Positions 30,804 to 40,627 of a stretch of DNA of 64,000 bases are shown here, piece by piece. How positions within the stretch are numbered: position 1 is the stretch's first letter; each line of letters opens with the position of its first letter. The stretch is from the IMG/VR virus record IMGVR_UViG_3300045049_000270. One strand, 5' to 3'. The DNA is from a virus. Its lineage: Duplodnaviria; Heunggongvirae; Uroviricota; Caudoviricetes. The translations under genes were made by a program, and so were the position numbers. The notes under the pieces are model-generated. The model was given only the letters and a program-made list of their open reading frames with translations. It searched no databases and was not told the origin of the DNA.

Positions 30804-31150
30804 AACAGACCCTACTTGCTAAACTAGTAGAGAAGAAGCTGATTAAAGAAACAACACGTATTGAAGCAGATTACATTGGCATTAACGATGATGGCTCCAG
30901 TAAGCCAAAGAAGCGAACAGTGTTTAATGTGAAAAGCGTAAATTCAACGCCATTGCATCCCGCATTGATTCTGAATGTTGTAAATACAGAAGATGGCAGC
31001 GAAGCAGTTATCTTTTCGTATGAAGTGCTGACCATTGATGGCCTCAAACCACAACGCTTTGCGGTCGCTAACGGCGTCAGTGCAGATGGTATTGAACGTT
31101 TGAAAAAGCGACGCGGACGCAAACCCAAGATTCGCGATACTCAAGAATAA
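30800..31150 (+). CDS. hypothetical protein with basic AT-hook-like tail
   Basis: C-terminal KKRRGRKPK; overlapping start/stop. Confidence 0.7.
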   Translation: MKQTLLAKLVEKKLIKETTRIEADYIGINDDGSSKPKKRTVFNVKSVNSTPLHPALILNVVNTEDGSEAVIFSYEVLTIDGLKPQRFAVANGVSADGIERLKKRRGRKPKIRDTQE

Positions 31151-31410
31151 TGTCCAATGTCATAGATCTAGGTGCTACGCTCCTCAAATTCAAGAATGAT
31201 CTTGAGGAGCGTGAAAAAATTATCCAACAGCAACAGCTTCAAATAGAAGAGCTAAAAGCACAATTGGCTTCAATTAGTGCGACTAATGATTTGTTGAAGC
31301 TATTGATGATGGATATTATCGCAGTGAAGACCCAACAGAATCAACAAGACCAAGCGTACCTGCAACAGTTGCAAGATCTCTTCCATAAGTTGCCACACAT
31401 CGCTAAATAA
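31150..31410 (+). CDS. hypothetical coiled-coil protein
   Basis: 86 aa, translationally coupled (TAATG). Confidence 0.65.
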   Translation: MSNVIDLGATLLKFKNDLEEREKIIQQQQLQIEELKAQLASISATNDLLKLLMMDIIAVKTQQNQQDQAYLQQLQDLFHKLPHIAK

Positions 31411-31412
31411 GA

Positions 31413-31443
31413 AAAAGAGGGATTTAAATCCCTCTTTTCTTTA
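31413..31443. terminator. intrinsic terminator
   Basis: AAAAGAGGGATTTAAATCCCTCTTTT. Confidence 0.75.
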
Positions 31444-31454
31444 AAGGCAACGAA

Positions 31455-31694
31455 ATGGCACAAATCATCACACACTCAGTCCCAGTACAAATTCAAGTTA
31501 ACATCCACCGTTTGGTAAAAACCAATGTTGTGGTGATAGAAATCGAACCAGAAATTCAAGAACAAATTCAACAATTAGTTATTGCGTTGCTCGCCGAGAA
31601 TTCTTTAATTCAGGTGGCAGAACAGCTCGAGGTTTTCATCCGCGAGCTGCTTTGTGATAATAGCTTGATTGTTGAGATCGATACTTGCGTTTAA
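31455..31694 (+). CDS. hypothetical protein
   Basis: 79 aa with a short internal duplication (LLAENSLIQV / LLCDNSLIVE). Confidence 0.55.
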   Translation: MAQIITHSVPVQIQVNIHRLVKTNVVVIEIEPEIQEQIQQLVIALLAENSLIQVAEQLEVFIRELLCDNSLIVEIDTCV

Positions 31695-32215
31695 AGCTCA
31701 CTCAACTTACAGTGGACTTCAATCATCATTGGTTTGAAGTCCACCGTTCTTTTCAATGCAAAAAAATTGTTACTGGTTTGATTTTCTTCTGTGTCACCAG
31801 AATAAATTCTAGCTATTTCATCAAATACAGTCTTGATTGTTCGAATTATATCGACTTCTTCTTTCTTCTTGGGAAGAAGATACGGCATCCAACGATTGGC
31901 GATTTTTTGTGGCTCTTTTGCTTCAAATTTGTACCCGAGCTCTCGCCAGAGCTCAGTAATCTCGTCTAAAATGTCTTCGCTAAGGGCCGAACGACCTTCC
32001 CCACGAAGAATAGTTGTAACAACTAGCACAAAGTTACGATATTTGAACGGCATACCTTTGACAATCACAAACGTCTCTTCAGAACCATAATTACCCATCT
32101 TGACGCATTCTACTGATTCTGCCAGTTTACTCATGACCATGACGTTCTGAACATCAGTTAGGTAATCAGAGGTCATAGTCGTCGCTGGAATCGGTAACAT
32201 TGAAATCTCCCACAT
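31691..32215 (-). CDS. hypothetical protein (likely start 32176)
   Basis: Minus-strand ORF coupled to the nucleotidyltransferase gene. Confidence 0.65.
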   Translation of the reverse strand: MWEISMLPIPATTMTSDYLTDVQNVMVMSKLAESVECVKMGNYGSEETFVIVKGMPFKYRNFVLVVTTILRGEGRSALSEDILDEITELWRELGYKFEAKEPQKIANRWMPYLLPKKKEEVDIIRTIKTVFDEIARIYSGDTEENQTSNNFFALKRTVDFKPMMIEVHCKLSEL

Positions 32216-32855
32216 ATAGTGAATCGTTATCTACAAATAATTGTTTGAACATGGCTAAGTCAGGAGAATAGCCACGCTTTAGATATTTCAACAAACGACG
32301 ATGCTTGAATTGGTGAATATTGGATTGTTCACCAAAACGCAATGTCTTTGTAATGTTGTCGTTATAGGCCGCTTCAGTCATCATGTATTTGCCTTCTGAA
32401 TAAATCATTTGGCAAACTGTCATATCAAAATGATCTAATAGGTCTTCTGGATTCTTCCAAAAGGTTCCTGAAATCGCTTGAACTGGAATATGATCTTTTG
32501 GAACAAATTCCCCATCAACTTTACCAATAATATTGGCGTTAGTGGCCTCAGATTTAGTGAATGGTGATTCATCACCAAAACCAAATTTGAATAAACGGCA
32601 ATTTTTGTGGTGTGAATGAGTTTTAACTGACTGTTCGAATAATTCACAAGCTTTTAGATAATCATCATGAGTGGCGAAAAACACATCAATGTCAGATGTT
32701 GTCATGGGTTCTAAATTAAATGCTTTTAGAACCGCACCACCAGCAATATAAAACTTGAGATCTTGGTGATGCCACTTAATGAATTTCTCGATTTTATGTA
32801 GCAATATCTGCGTGGGGTTGATAGCTGAAGTTTGTATAATCAGTTTTGTTGTCAT
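32166..32855 (-). CDS. Pol-beta superfamily nucleotidyltransferase (poly(A) polymerase/CCA head-like)
   Basis: YIAGGAV...SDIDVFF, LLDHFDMTVCQ, RLLKYLKRGY. Confidence 0.8.
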   Translation of the reverse strand: MTTKLIIQTSAINPTQILLHKIEKFIKWHHQDLKFYIAGGAVLKAFNLEPMTTSDIDVFFATHDDYLKACELFEQSVKTHSHHKNCRLFKFGFGDESPFTKSEATNANIIGKVDGEFVPKDHIPVQAISGTFWKNPEDLLDHFDMTVCQMIYSEGKYMMTEAAYNDNITKTLRFGEQSNIHQFKHRRLLKYLKRGYSPDLAMFKQLFVDNDSLYVGDFNVTDSSDDYDL

Positions 32856-32877
32856 AATTTTGCCTGATGTTGCCTGT

Positions 32878-32906
32878 ATTGTAGTTCTTGTTTATTAACA
32901 CGTCAA
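32878..32906 (-). promoter_or_regulatory. sigma70-like promoter TTGACG-17-TACAAT
   Basis: Minus strand, 22 nt upstream of the 32855 start; back-to-back with late TATAAATA at 32916-32923. Confidence 0.75.
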
Positions 32907-32946
32907 GCCAATTCGTATAAATATTCAAAAGTATTTGCGAGGACCT

Positions 32947-33375
32947 ATGAGCAAAAGTAGCGTTTTAATGTTGACAAACACACAAGGACAGCTGAATATT
33001 GCTGGTGCCGCCGTCAGAGCAGATGGCTGGTATGGGTTCTCTGATGGACTCCACACATTAGCCATCTACGTCGTCAATTTCACGGGCCGTCTGTGGATTG
33101 AGGCAAGTTTAGCCGATGCTCCAACAGACAATGATTGGTTTCCAGTAACGATTAGCGGTAATGATGCAACACCATATCTACAATTCCCCCTTGATCCATT
33201 ACGCCCCACTGGGTCGAATAGTATGGGTGACACGGCGACGATGGGTTTGAACATTATCGGCAATTACACATGGTTGCGTGCTCGAGTCGATCGTTCATAT
33301 ATCGCACCAATACCAACGACACAACCACAGATTTTCGCGCTTGGTTATGTGGATCATATCCTCATAAATAACTAA
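32947..33375 (+). CDS. putative virion structural protein
   Basis: ADGWYGFSDGLHT...FTGRLWIEASLA..PTDNDWF...GNYTWLRA; late promoter at 32916 and GAGG SD (ORF track start is 32935). Confidence 0.7.
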   Translation: MSKSSVLMLTNTQGQLNIAGAAVRADGWYGFSDGLHTLAIYVVNFTGRLWIEASLADAPTDNDWFPVTISGNDATPYLQFPLDPLRPTGSNSMGDTATMGLNIIGNYTWLRARVDRSYIAPIPTTQPQIFALGYVDHILINN

Positions 33376-33398
33376 GCTTTCGAATCCGGAGAAGATTT

Positions 33399-36300
33399 AT
33401 GCCAACAATAAGTTCCGGCAATATTACGCCAGGCACAGGCCAAGTTACATTTCCTAATGCCACGGACACAACAGGAATTGCATCATCTGACAATAGCAAT
33501 GAGAATCACCAAGGTAACAATATCGTTAGTATTGGTGGTATCAATTTAGGCTCAGGTGAAGGCATCTACGCAGGCACAAGTGGTAAAAACGCACTTCTGC
33601 TCGACTTTCGTACAATCATAGCCGGCGCCGGTATTGCTATCAATACCGATGCTGAAACTCTTACCATTACGTCTACTGGTACAATATCATCTAATCTCAA
33701 TGACTTGAACGGTGTCTTGAGTGTACAGAAGGGTGGCACCGGAACGCAAAATTTCCTGGCTGGTGCCCTGGTTGTTGGCAATGGTATCAGCGCTATGGGA
33801 ACTATTCCATTGCCAACATCAGCAAATCAATATTTGTCGTGGAATGGCACGGCATATACATGGAATACTATTGCTGATAGCGCAGACGGCACAGTAACTA
33901 GTGTTGCGATAGTTCCAGGATCAAGTGGATATATTTCTATATCCGGCAGCCCTATTACTTCAAGTGGCACTATTACGGTTGATTTCAATATTGGGGCATT
34001 GTCTCTGAATGGAATTAATGGTACACTCGGAGTAACTAAGGGTGGTACTGGTGTAACTACATTGCCGATGAATGGGGTGATGTATGGTAATGGTACTGGA
34101 GCTGTTCAAACGGTTGCTGCTCCGTCATCAGCTGGCCAAGTGTTGAGCTTTAATGGAACGTCATTTGCGTGGGTGACACCACAAATTGTTCCCTCAAATG
34201 TTTTGACATCAGTAGTCCTAAATGGCAATACGGTCACTGGTGTAACTGGTGGCATCGTTAGTGCAAACAGCGTCACTTACAATCTGGTTGCTCAACCAAG
34301 CGGCGTCACAGCAGGTACATATGTGAATGCCAACATTCAAGTTGACCAATATGGTCGTGTCGTATCAGCTACCAATGGGGCTGTGCAAGCCGCAATTACA
34401 GCGGCAAACGAAAATAATGGTGGTGGTGCTCGTATTTTTGATGATATTGGTTCAACCAGTACCGCATTTAATTTCCGCCGTATCCAAACAAGTACTGCGC
34501 TTTCAGCTACTGAAAATACTGGCTACGTCATGCTGGATTTGAACACCGTTCAGGTCCCTAAAGGTGGTACCGGAGCAACAACATTTACAACAAATGGTGT
34601 TCTGATTGGTAATGGTACCAATGCTATTTCAGCAATTGCTGCCCCAAGTACAGTCGGTACGGTTCTAACTTGGACCTCTAATGGTTTTGCATGGAATTCA
34701 TCTTTGCAAAAGGTGACCATAACCGGTTCAAATGGTATTAATGTAACTCAAGGGGTTGATACAAATGGTCAACCAACATTTGCTTTGGGTTATGATTCAT
34801 CTCAGACCGTAATTAATGGCTTATCTGGTACTCTGAATGTAACAAAAGGTGGTACTGGTGCCACAACATTTCCAGCTAATTCAGTATTGCTGGGAAATGG
34901 TACTGGTACTTTGGCAACAACCCCGGCTCCAACTACAGCAAATACAACACTAGTTTGGAATGGTACAGGATTTGTTTGGAATGCATTTCCAAATGGATCA
35001 ATCTCTAGTTTTACGATTGCTGGCGATAGTTCAATTCTGGTGACAAACGGCGCAGTTACATCAAGTAATTCTACCGTAACAATTGGCGTTGCAACAAGTG
35101 GTGTAACAGCTGGTACGTATTCTAATTCAACAATTACAGTTGATAAAACTGGTCGTATTACTGCTGCTGCAAATGGAGTGTTGCCAGTAACAGGTGCTTC
35201 AAACTATGTTGGTGGTGCGGCAATTTATGACAATACCGCATCAGGCAGTACTTTGAATTTCCGTCCAATTAAGGTTGGATCAGCTGCGTTGACTGTCACT
35301 CAAAATGCTCAAGATGTAACACTTGATATTGGAAATGTGCCAGTAAGTAAGGGAGGTACAGGAGCAACCACATTCACAGCAAATGGTCTTCTGGTTGGTA
35401 ACGGTGCTAATGCTATTACATCCTTGGCCGCACCAACAACTGCCGGCACTTTTTTAGGTTGGAATGGCACAACACTTGGGTATACTCCAGCTCTTACCGC
35501 AGTTACGGTAACTGGTAGTGGTGCAGCAGTTGTTAACTCAGGCACTGATGCAAATGGTCAACCCACTTACGCACTTTCTGTTGATTCAACAAAGATTCCT
35601 GCTAATAACCTGAACGGCACATTGAATGTCCCAGCAGGTGGTACTGGATTGACAACGGTTGCTGCGAATGCAATTGTAATGGGTGGAACATCAACAGCTT
35701 TGAACACAATCACTGTTCCAACTACTGCTGGCACAATGTTGACTTGGAATGGATCAGCATTTACATGGACAGCACCGCCAACACAAAATCCTGGTACGGT
35801 AACCAGCGTTGGTTTGACAAATGGTGGTGGTATCATCGTAACTGGTGGCCCAATTACATCAAATGGATCAATCACTGTTGCTGTCGATCAGCCGGCATTA
35901 GATTTGAACGCTTTCGCAGGTACTTTGACTGTAACAAAGGGTGGTACTGGTTCATCTACGTTCACTGCAAATGGATTGTTATTGGGTAATGGTACTGGGG
36001 CATTTGCACAAGTCGCTGCGCCGTCAACAGCAAATACTTATTTGTCATGGAACGGTACTGCTTACACTTGGCTAAATGATGTAACTACTAATGGTACAGT
36101 AACAAGTGTTGCGGTTTCGGCCGGTTCTAACAAGCTATCAGTAAGTGGATCTCCAATTACATCAAGTGGTACTATCACAGTAGATGTAGTTGAAGCTAAT
36201 TTACAATTGAGTAACCTCAGCGGTATATTGCCGACAACAAGTGGTGGTACTGGCCTATCAACTATTGGTACGGCTGGTCAGATCCTAGCAGTCAATAGTA

Positions 36301-38519
36301 CAGCAACTGGTTTGGTGTGGCAGAATGCTAATCAGACAGGTGGAACAGTTACTAGTGTAGCAGTAACTGGTGCGTCAGGTCGTGTTGCGGTAACTGGTTC
36401 GCCAATTACATCAAGTGGTACAATTAATGTCGACGTAGTTGAATCTGGTTTGAATCTAGCATCAATGGGAGGTACTTTGACCACTTCTCAAGGTGGTACT
36501 GGACTCACATCTATTGGTACTGCTGGACAAGTGCTAACCGTAAATTCAACTGCGACAGCATTGCAGTGGAGCACACCATTCAGTGCTGTAAATGCTGGTT
36601 CAAACAAAGTAACAGTGTCAACAGTCGGTGGTGTTGCAACAGTTGACGTTAATACAGCCAATATGGATGTATCAACAATGCTTGGTATTCTGGGAACTGC
36701 GCATGGTGGTACTGGTATTGCAACGATCGGTACCGCAGGTCAAGTTCTGGCTGTTAATAGTTCAGGTACTGGATTGACTTGGAACAATCCAGCAGTTGGT
36801 TCGGGTGGTGGTACAGTAACAAGTGTTGCCGTAGCGGCTGGTTCTACTAAGGTAACAGTTAGCGGTTCACCAATTACATCAAGTGGCACTATTACAGTAG
36901 ATGTTGATACCACAAAGATGGATATCAGTACAATGACTGGCACTTTGGGTGTAGCTAACGGTGGCACTGGTGCAACAACATTGACTGGTCTTGTTTATGG
37001 CAACGGTACGTCCGCCATGACTGCTGCTACTGGTTCACAAATTGCGACAGCTCTCGGCACAACCAACATTTCAGGCAACGCGGCAAACGTAACAGGAACA
37101 ATTGCTACTTCCAATGGCGGTACTGGATTGACCACTATTGGTACCGCAGGTCAAGTTCTGGCTGTTAATTCGGGTGCTACTGGATTAACTTGGACAACCC
37201 CAGCAACTGGTACGGTAACGAGTGTTGGCATTGTAGCCGGATCAACAAAAGTATCTGTATCCGGTGGACCAGTAACTACGACCGGTAATATTACTGTTGA
37301 TGTGAATACCGCGAATATGGATGTAAGCACCATGACTGGCACATTAGGTGTTGCTCATGGCGGTACCGGAGTTGCGACATTGACTGGCCTCGTTTATGGC
37401 AACGGTACATTGGCTATGACTGCGGCCACAGGCGCTCAAATTGCATCAGCACTTGGTACTACAAACATTTCAGGTAATGCAGCTAATGTGACTGGTACAG
37501 TTGCAACCTCAAATGGTGGTACAGGTCTTACTTCTATTGGTACTGCTGGGCAAGTATTGACGGTAAATGCAGGAGCCACAGGATTAACTTGGTCAACACC
37601 AACAACAGGTACTGTAACAAGTGTCAATTTGGCAGCTGGTTCAAATAAGGTTACCGTAAGTGGTGGTCCTATTACGTCATCAGGAAGTATTACTGTTGAC
37701 GTAAATACAGCAAACATGGACGTTAGTACCATGACTGGTACATTGGATACTGCTCATGGTGGTACTGGTTTGACTACAATTGGTACAGCGAACCAGGTCC
37801 TTGCTGTGAACAGTGGGGCTACTGGTTTGACATGGACTAATGCTGGTACTGGTACCGTAACAAGTGTTGGTCTAACTGCTGGCTCTAACAAAGTAACAGT
37901 GAGTGGTTCGCCGGTCACATCAAGTGGTTCAATCACAGTCGATGTGAATACTGCAAACATGGATGTCAGCACGATGACTGGTACATTGGCTGCAACCCAT
38001 GGTGGTACCGGTTTGGCAACAACGACAACAAATGGTGTTTTGATTGGTGCAGCATCAAATACGATCACACAGGTTGCTGCGCCAACAGCATCTGGTCAAG
38101 TATTGACTTACAACGGCACCAATGTTGATTGGGCAGCAGCAGCTGGCGGCGGTCCAGCAGGTAGTACATCACCTGGTTGGTACACATTCCAGGTGACATT
38201 GAATGCAACAGGTTCAGCAACTGCGTCAATTACCAACTTACCATCTGGTTGGAGTGCGGTAGATGGCGGTAGTGGTGTTTTAACTGTCACTCATACTGTT
38301 GGTAAATACCCAACATCACTCACTATGTTTGGTTCTGCGTCAGCAACAGCTGGTCCATTCAAGGTGCGCAATGCTGATCAATCATCCACTGGTGGTAGTT
38401 TCCAGATCCCAGATTCTGGATCATTTACACCAAGTACGACACAGTTCAACGTTACTGTAACAAGCGCTACGTCAGGTGCAGCAGCAGCTGGTATTGTTTT
38501 GATCAAGGTTACATTCTAA
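33399..38519 (+). CDS. long fibre/appendage protein (1706 aa)
   Basis: Tandem GTVTSV...GSPITSSGTITVDV and GTLxxxxGGTG repeats; SGVTAGTY...VDxxGR; N-terminus paralogous to 2596. Confidence 0.85.
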   Translation: MPTISSGNITPGTGQVTFPNATDTTGIASSDNSNENHQGNNIVSIGGINLGSGEGIYAGTSGKNALLLDFRTIIAGAGIAINTDAETLTITSTGTISSNLNDLNGVLSVQKGGTGTQNFLAGALVVGNGISAMGTIPLPTSANQYLSWNGTAYTWNTIADSADGTVTSVAIVPGSSGYISISGSPITSSGTITVDFNIGALSLNGINGTLGVTKGGTGVTTLPMNGVMYGNGTGAVQTVAAPSSAGQVLSFNGTSFAWVTPQIVPSNVLTSVVLNGNTVTGVTGGIVSANSVTYNLVAQPSGVTAGTYVNANIQVDQYGRVVSATNGAVQAAITAANENNGGGARIFDDIGSTSTAFNFRRIQTSTALSATENTGYVMLDLNTVQVPKGGTGATTFTTNGVLIGNGTNAISAIAAPSTVGTVLTWTSNGFAWNSSLQKVTITGSNGINVTQGVDTNGQPTFALGYDSSQTVINGLSGTLNVTKGGTGATTFPANSVLLGNGTGTLATTPAPTTANTTLVWNGTGFVWNAFPNGSISSFTIAGDSSILVTNGAVTSSNSTVTIGVATSGVTAGTYSNSTITVDKTGRITAAANGVLPVTGASNYVGGAAIYDNTASGSTLNFRPIKVGSAALTVTQNAQDVTLDIGNVPVSKGGTGATTFTANGLLVGNGANAITSLAAPTTAGTFLGWNGTTLGYTPALTAVTVTGSGAAVVNSGTDANGQPTYALSVDSTKIPANNLNGTLNVPAGGTGLTTVAANAIVMGGTSTALNTITVPTTAGTMLTWNGSAFTWTAPPTQNPGTVTSVGLTNGGGIIVTGGPITSNGSITVAVDQPALDLNAFAGTLTVTKGGTGSSTFTANGLLLGNGTGAFAQVAAPSTANTYLSWNGTAYTWLNDVTTNGTVTSVAVSAGSNKLSVSGSPITSSGTITVDVVEANLQLSNLSGILPTTSGGTGLSTIGTAGQILAVNSTATGLVWQNANQTGGTVTSVAVTGASGRVAVTGSPITSSGTINVDVVESGLNLASMGGTLTTSQGGTGLTSIGTAGQVLTVNSTATALQWSTPFSAVNAGSNKVTVSTVGGVATVDVNTANMDVSTMLGILGTAHGGTGIATIGTAGQVLAVNSSGTGLTWNNPAVGSGGGTVTSVAVAAGSTKVTVSGSPITSSGTITVDVDTTKMDISTMTGTLGVANGGTGATTLTGLVYGNGTSAMTAATGSQIATALGTTNISGNAANVTGTIATSNGGTGLTTIGTAGQVLAVNSGATGLTWTTPATGTVTSVGIVAGSTKVSVSGGPVTTTGNITVDVNTANMDVSTMTGTLGVAHGGTGVATLTGLVYGNGTLAMTAATGAQIASALGTTNISGNAANVTGTVATSNGGTGLTSIGTAGQVLTVNAGATGLTWSTPTTGTVTSVNLAAGSNKVTVSGGPITSSGSITVDVNTANMDVSTMTGTLDTAHGGTGLTTIGTANQVLAVNSGATGLTWTNAGTGTVTSVGLTAGSNKVTVSGSPVTSSGSITVDVNTANMDVSTMTGTLAATHGGTGLATTTTNGVLIGAASNTITQVAAPTASGQVLTYNGTNVDWAAAAGGGPAGSTSPGWYTFQVTLNATGSATASITNLPSGWSAVDGGSGVLTVTHTVGKYPTSLTMFGSASATAGPFKVRNADQSSTGGSFQIPDSGSFTPSTTQFNVTVTSATSGAAAAGIVLIKVTF

Positions 38520-40519
38520 TGGCAATTACGAATAGTAATTCATATGGATCACTAAGCAAGTATCTGCCCACTAAGGTTATTGGTGGGCAGTCTACAAAAA
38601 TCACATCCTTACAAAGTTGGTTGTATGACGATGGTACCGGTGATCCATGGTGGCAAGGAGCAGCTGGTGTTCCATTTATGTGGACATTAACTGCTAATAT
38701 TTCTCAAGTTTCGCATAGTAGCCATCTTACGCGCCAAGCATACGTTTATAATGGGTTGGATATATCACCAGGTATGTGGGTATGTTCAGCAGCTGATTCA
38801 ATTTCAGTTCAGATTATTTCTATATCAAGCCAGACTGCAAATACTATTACCTGCGTAGTTATGGATGTAGATCGGCATAATACATTCAGAGACCCGTCAG
38901 GTAATGGTAATGGTATTTTCAGTTATCCCAGCAACATTATCTTCTATGAATTGGGAGATGATGGTTTACCGAAAATTGACCCATTACCAGTTGTGGCTGA
39001 CCCAATTTTGATGAGTCAAATTGAAGCTCGTTTCCGAGTCTTCAATTCAAATACTGAATATCAATTCTATCAAATTAATCATGGCTTTGTTGAAGGTAGT
39101 GTTTTAAAACTTAATCCAACAACGAAGCAATTTGAGAATTCAACAAGTACTGATATTTTCCGTGTTGGTACGGTTACATCAGTGGGGCCAGGCCCCAATT
39201 ATTTCTACATGGCACCAACAACAAAATTCATTTCCAACCTTGAACCGGGGCTACCAGGGCAGGTGGGTAGTGTTATTTGGCTTGATCCTAGTACAGGTAG
39301 TATGACCACCGTACCAAATAGCAGCAAGGTGCCATTGTATATCCAGATGACTGCGCCGGTTTCATGCTTCACTATTGGCACAGTTGACAATCCAACTACC
39401 ATCGCCGGTAATGTTTCGACCATTAATAAAGTCACAATTACATTTTCTGGTTCTGGTACTTTGTCAACGTCTACTATTATCAACGCCATTAATGCTCTTA
39501 CTCCTCAACATGGCGTGACAGCTACTATGGGTTCGCCAGTAACTACGGTTACAGGATCTATTGCTGGACCAAATACTAGTGTAAATCCAAATATGGTCTT
39601 CACCGTAAATGGTATTACAACCACGGTAACAACACCAAGTATCGTTTATGGGAACACAAATAAAATTGGGTGGTGGGATTTTATTAAGGCAATTAACGAA
39701 CAAACAAGTCTTCACGGTGTTTTTGCTTCCCTGGATCCAAATACGAGTAAACTTGTTTTCACGAACGCATCAGGCGGCAATATCAATTTTACAAATGTGA
39801 CACCTGCTACAACATCAGGAAGTTATGCGACATTTACTGATGCTGTTGGCATTCCACTGACAAATGCTTCAGCAGCAGCTACTAAATTGAAGCTAGTTAG
39901 GTCCGACGGTGGACAAATTATTGTTTCTGATGTTACTGGCACGTTCTTTGAATCAGCTGGAATTCAAAGTGCGGCTAATGGAATATTACCATTAGCTTTA
40001 GTGGTAGATCAGGCGATGTATGCTAATAGCAGCTATATGGTTAATACGGTTGCCGATCGTGATGCTCTAACAAATCTGCGTTCCGGTGATCAAGTATATG
40101 TCCAAGCCGATATTGATGGTGAATGGGCATTATATATTAAGATTGATACTGGTTGGACGAAGATTGCAACAGCGGATTCAGCAAGCACTGATGCAAAAAC
40201 ACTCCAGGTTGATATTCAAGCAACATCGACATCACCAATTCTACTTGGAAATATTGGATCAGGTACTCGAATTGTCGATGTTTCAATTACAGTAAACACT
40301 CCATTCGCCGGATCCGCGCCCGCTATCAATATTGGTACATCAACTATTCAAAATGCAGTTTTTGATTCATCAGATGCCGATTTGACTGTTTCTGGCACAT
40401 ATGAAACTCCATCTTCGTTTGTGGCCTCAACGAGTGATGGTACTGATGTCGCTATCTATGCATATTTGACTGGTGTGGTGTCTACTGGTGACGCCACAGT
40501 GATTATTTCATATCTGTAA
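38519..40519 (+). CDS. virion structural protein (tail/baseplate-associated, putative)
   Basis: 666 aa, coupled (TAATG) to the fibre gene; C-terminal ILLGNI...RIVDVSITVNTPF domain resembles the ends of 40628 and 42563. Confidence 0.7.
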   Translation: MAITNSNSYGSLSKYLPTKVIGGQSTKITSLQSWLYDDGTGDPWWQGAAGVPFMWTLTANISQVSHSSHLTRQAYVYNGLDISPGMWVCSAADSISVQIISISSQTANTITCVVMDVDRHNTFRDPSGNGNGIFSYPSNIIFYELGDDGLPKIDPLPVVADPILMSQIEARFRVFNSNTEYQFYQINHGFVEGSVLKLNPTTKQFENSTSTDIFRVGTVTSVGPGPNYFYMAPTTKFISNLEPGLPGQVGSVIWLDPSTGSMTTVPNSSKVPLYIQMTAPVSCFTIGTVDNPTTIAGNVSTINKVTITFSGSGTLSTSTIINAINALTPQHGVTATMGSPVTTVTGSIAGPNTSVNPNMVFTVNGITTTVTTPSIVYGNTNKIGWWDFIKAINEQTSLHGVFASLDPNTSKLVFTNASGGNINFTNVTPATTSGSYATFTDAVGIPLTNASAAATKLKLVRSDGGQIIVSDVTGTFFESAGIQSAANGILPLALVVDQAMYANSSYMVNTVADRDALTNLRSGDQVYVQADIDGEWALYIKIDTGWTKIATADSASTDAKTLQVDIQATSTSPILLGNIGSGTRIVDVSITVNTPFAGSAPAINIGTSTIQNAVFDSSDADLTVSGTYETPSSFVASTSDGTDVAIYAYLTGVVSTGDATVIISYL

Positions 40520-40627
40520 ACTAGCTGTTAAACCTGAACACTTTCCTTATAAATAATCAAGAATCCGGAGCAGAGTTGCCGCTTTGAAACCCGGATTTAG
40601 AGAAATAACTTCCTAGGAGTTTGAATA

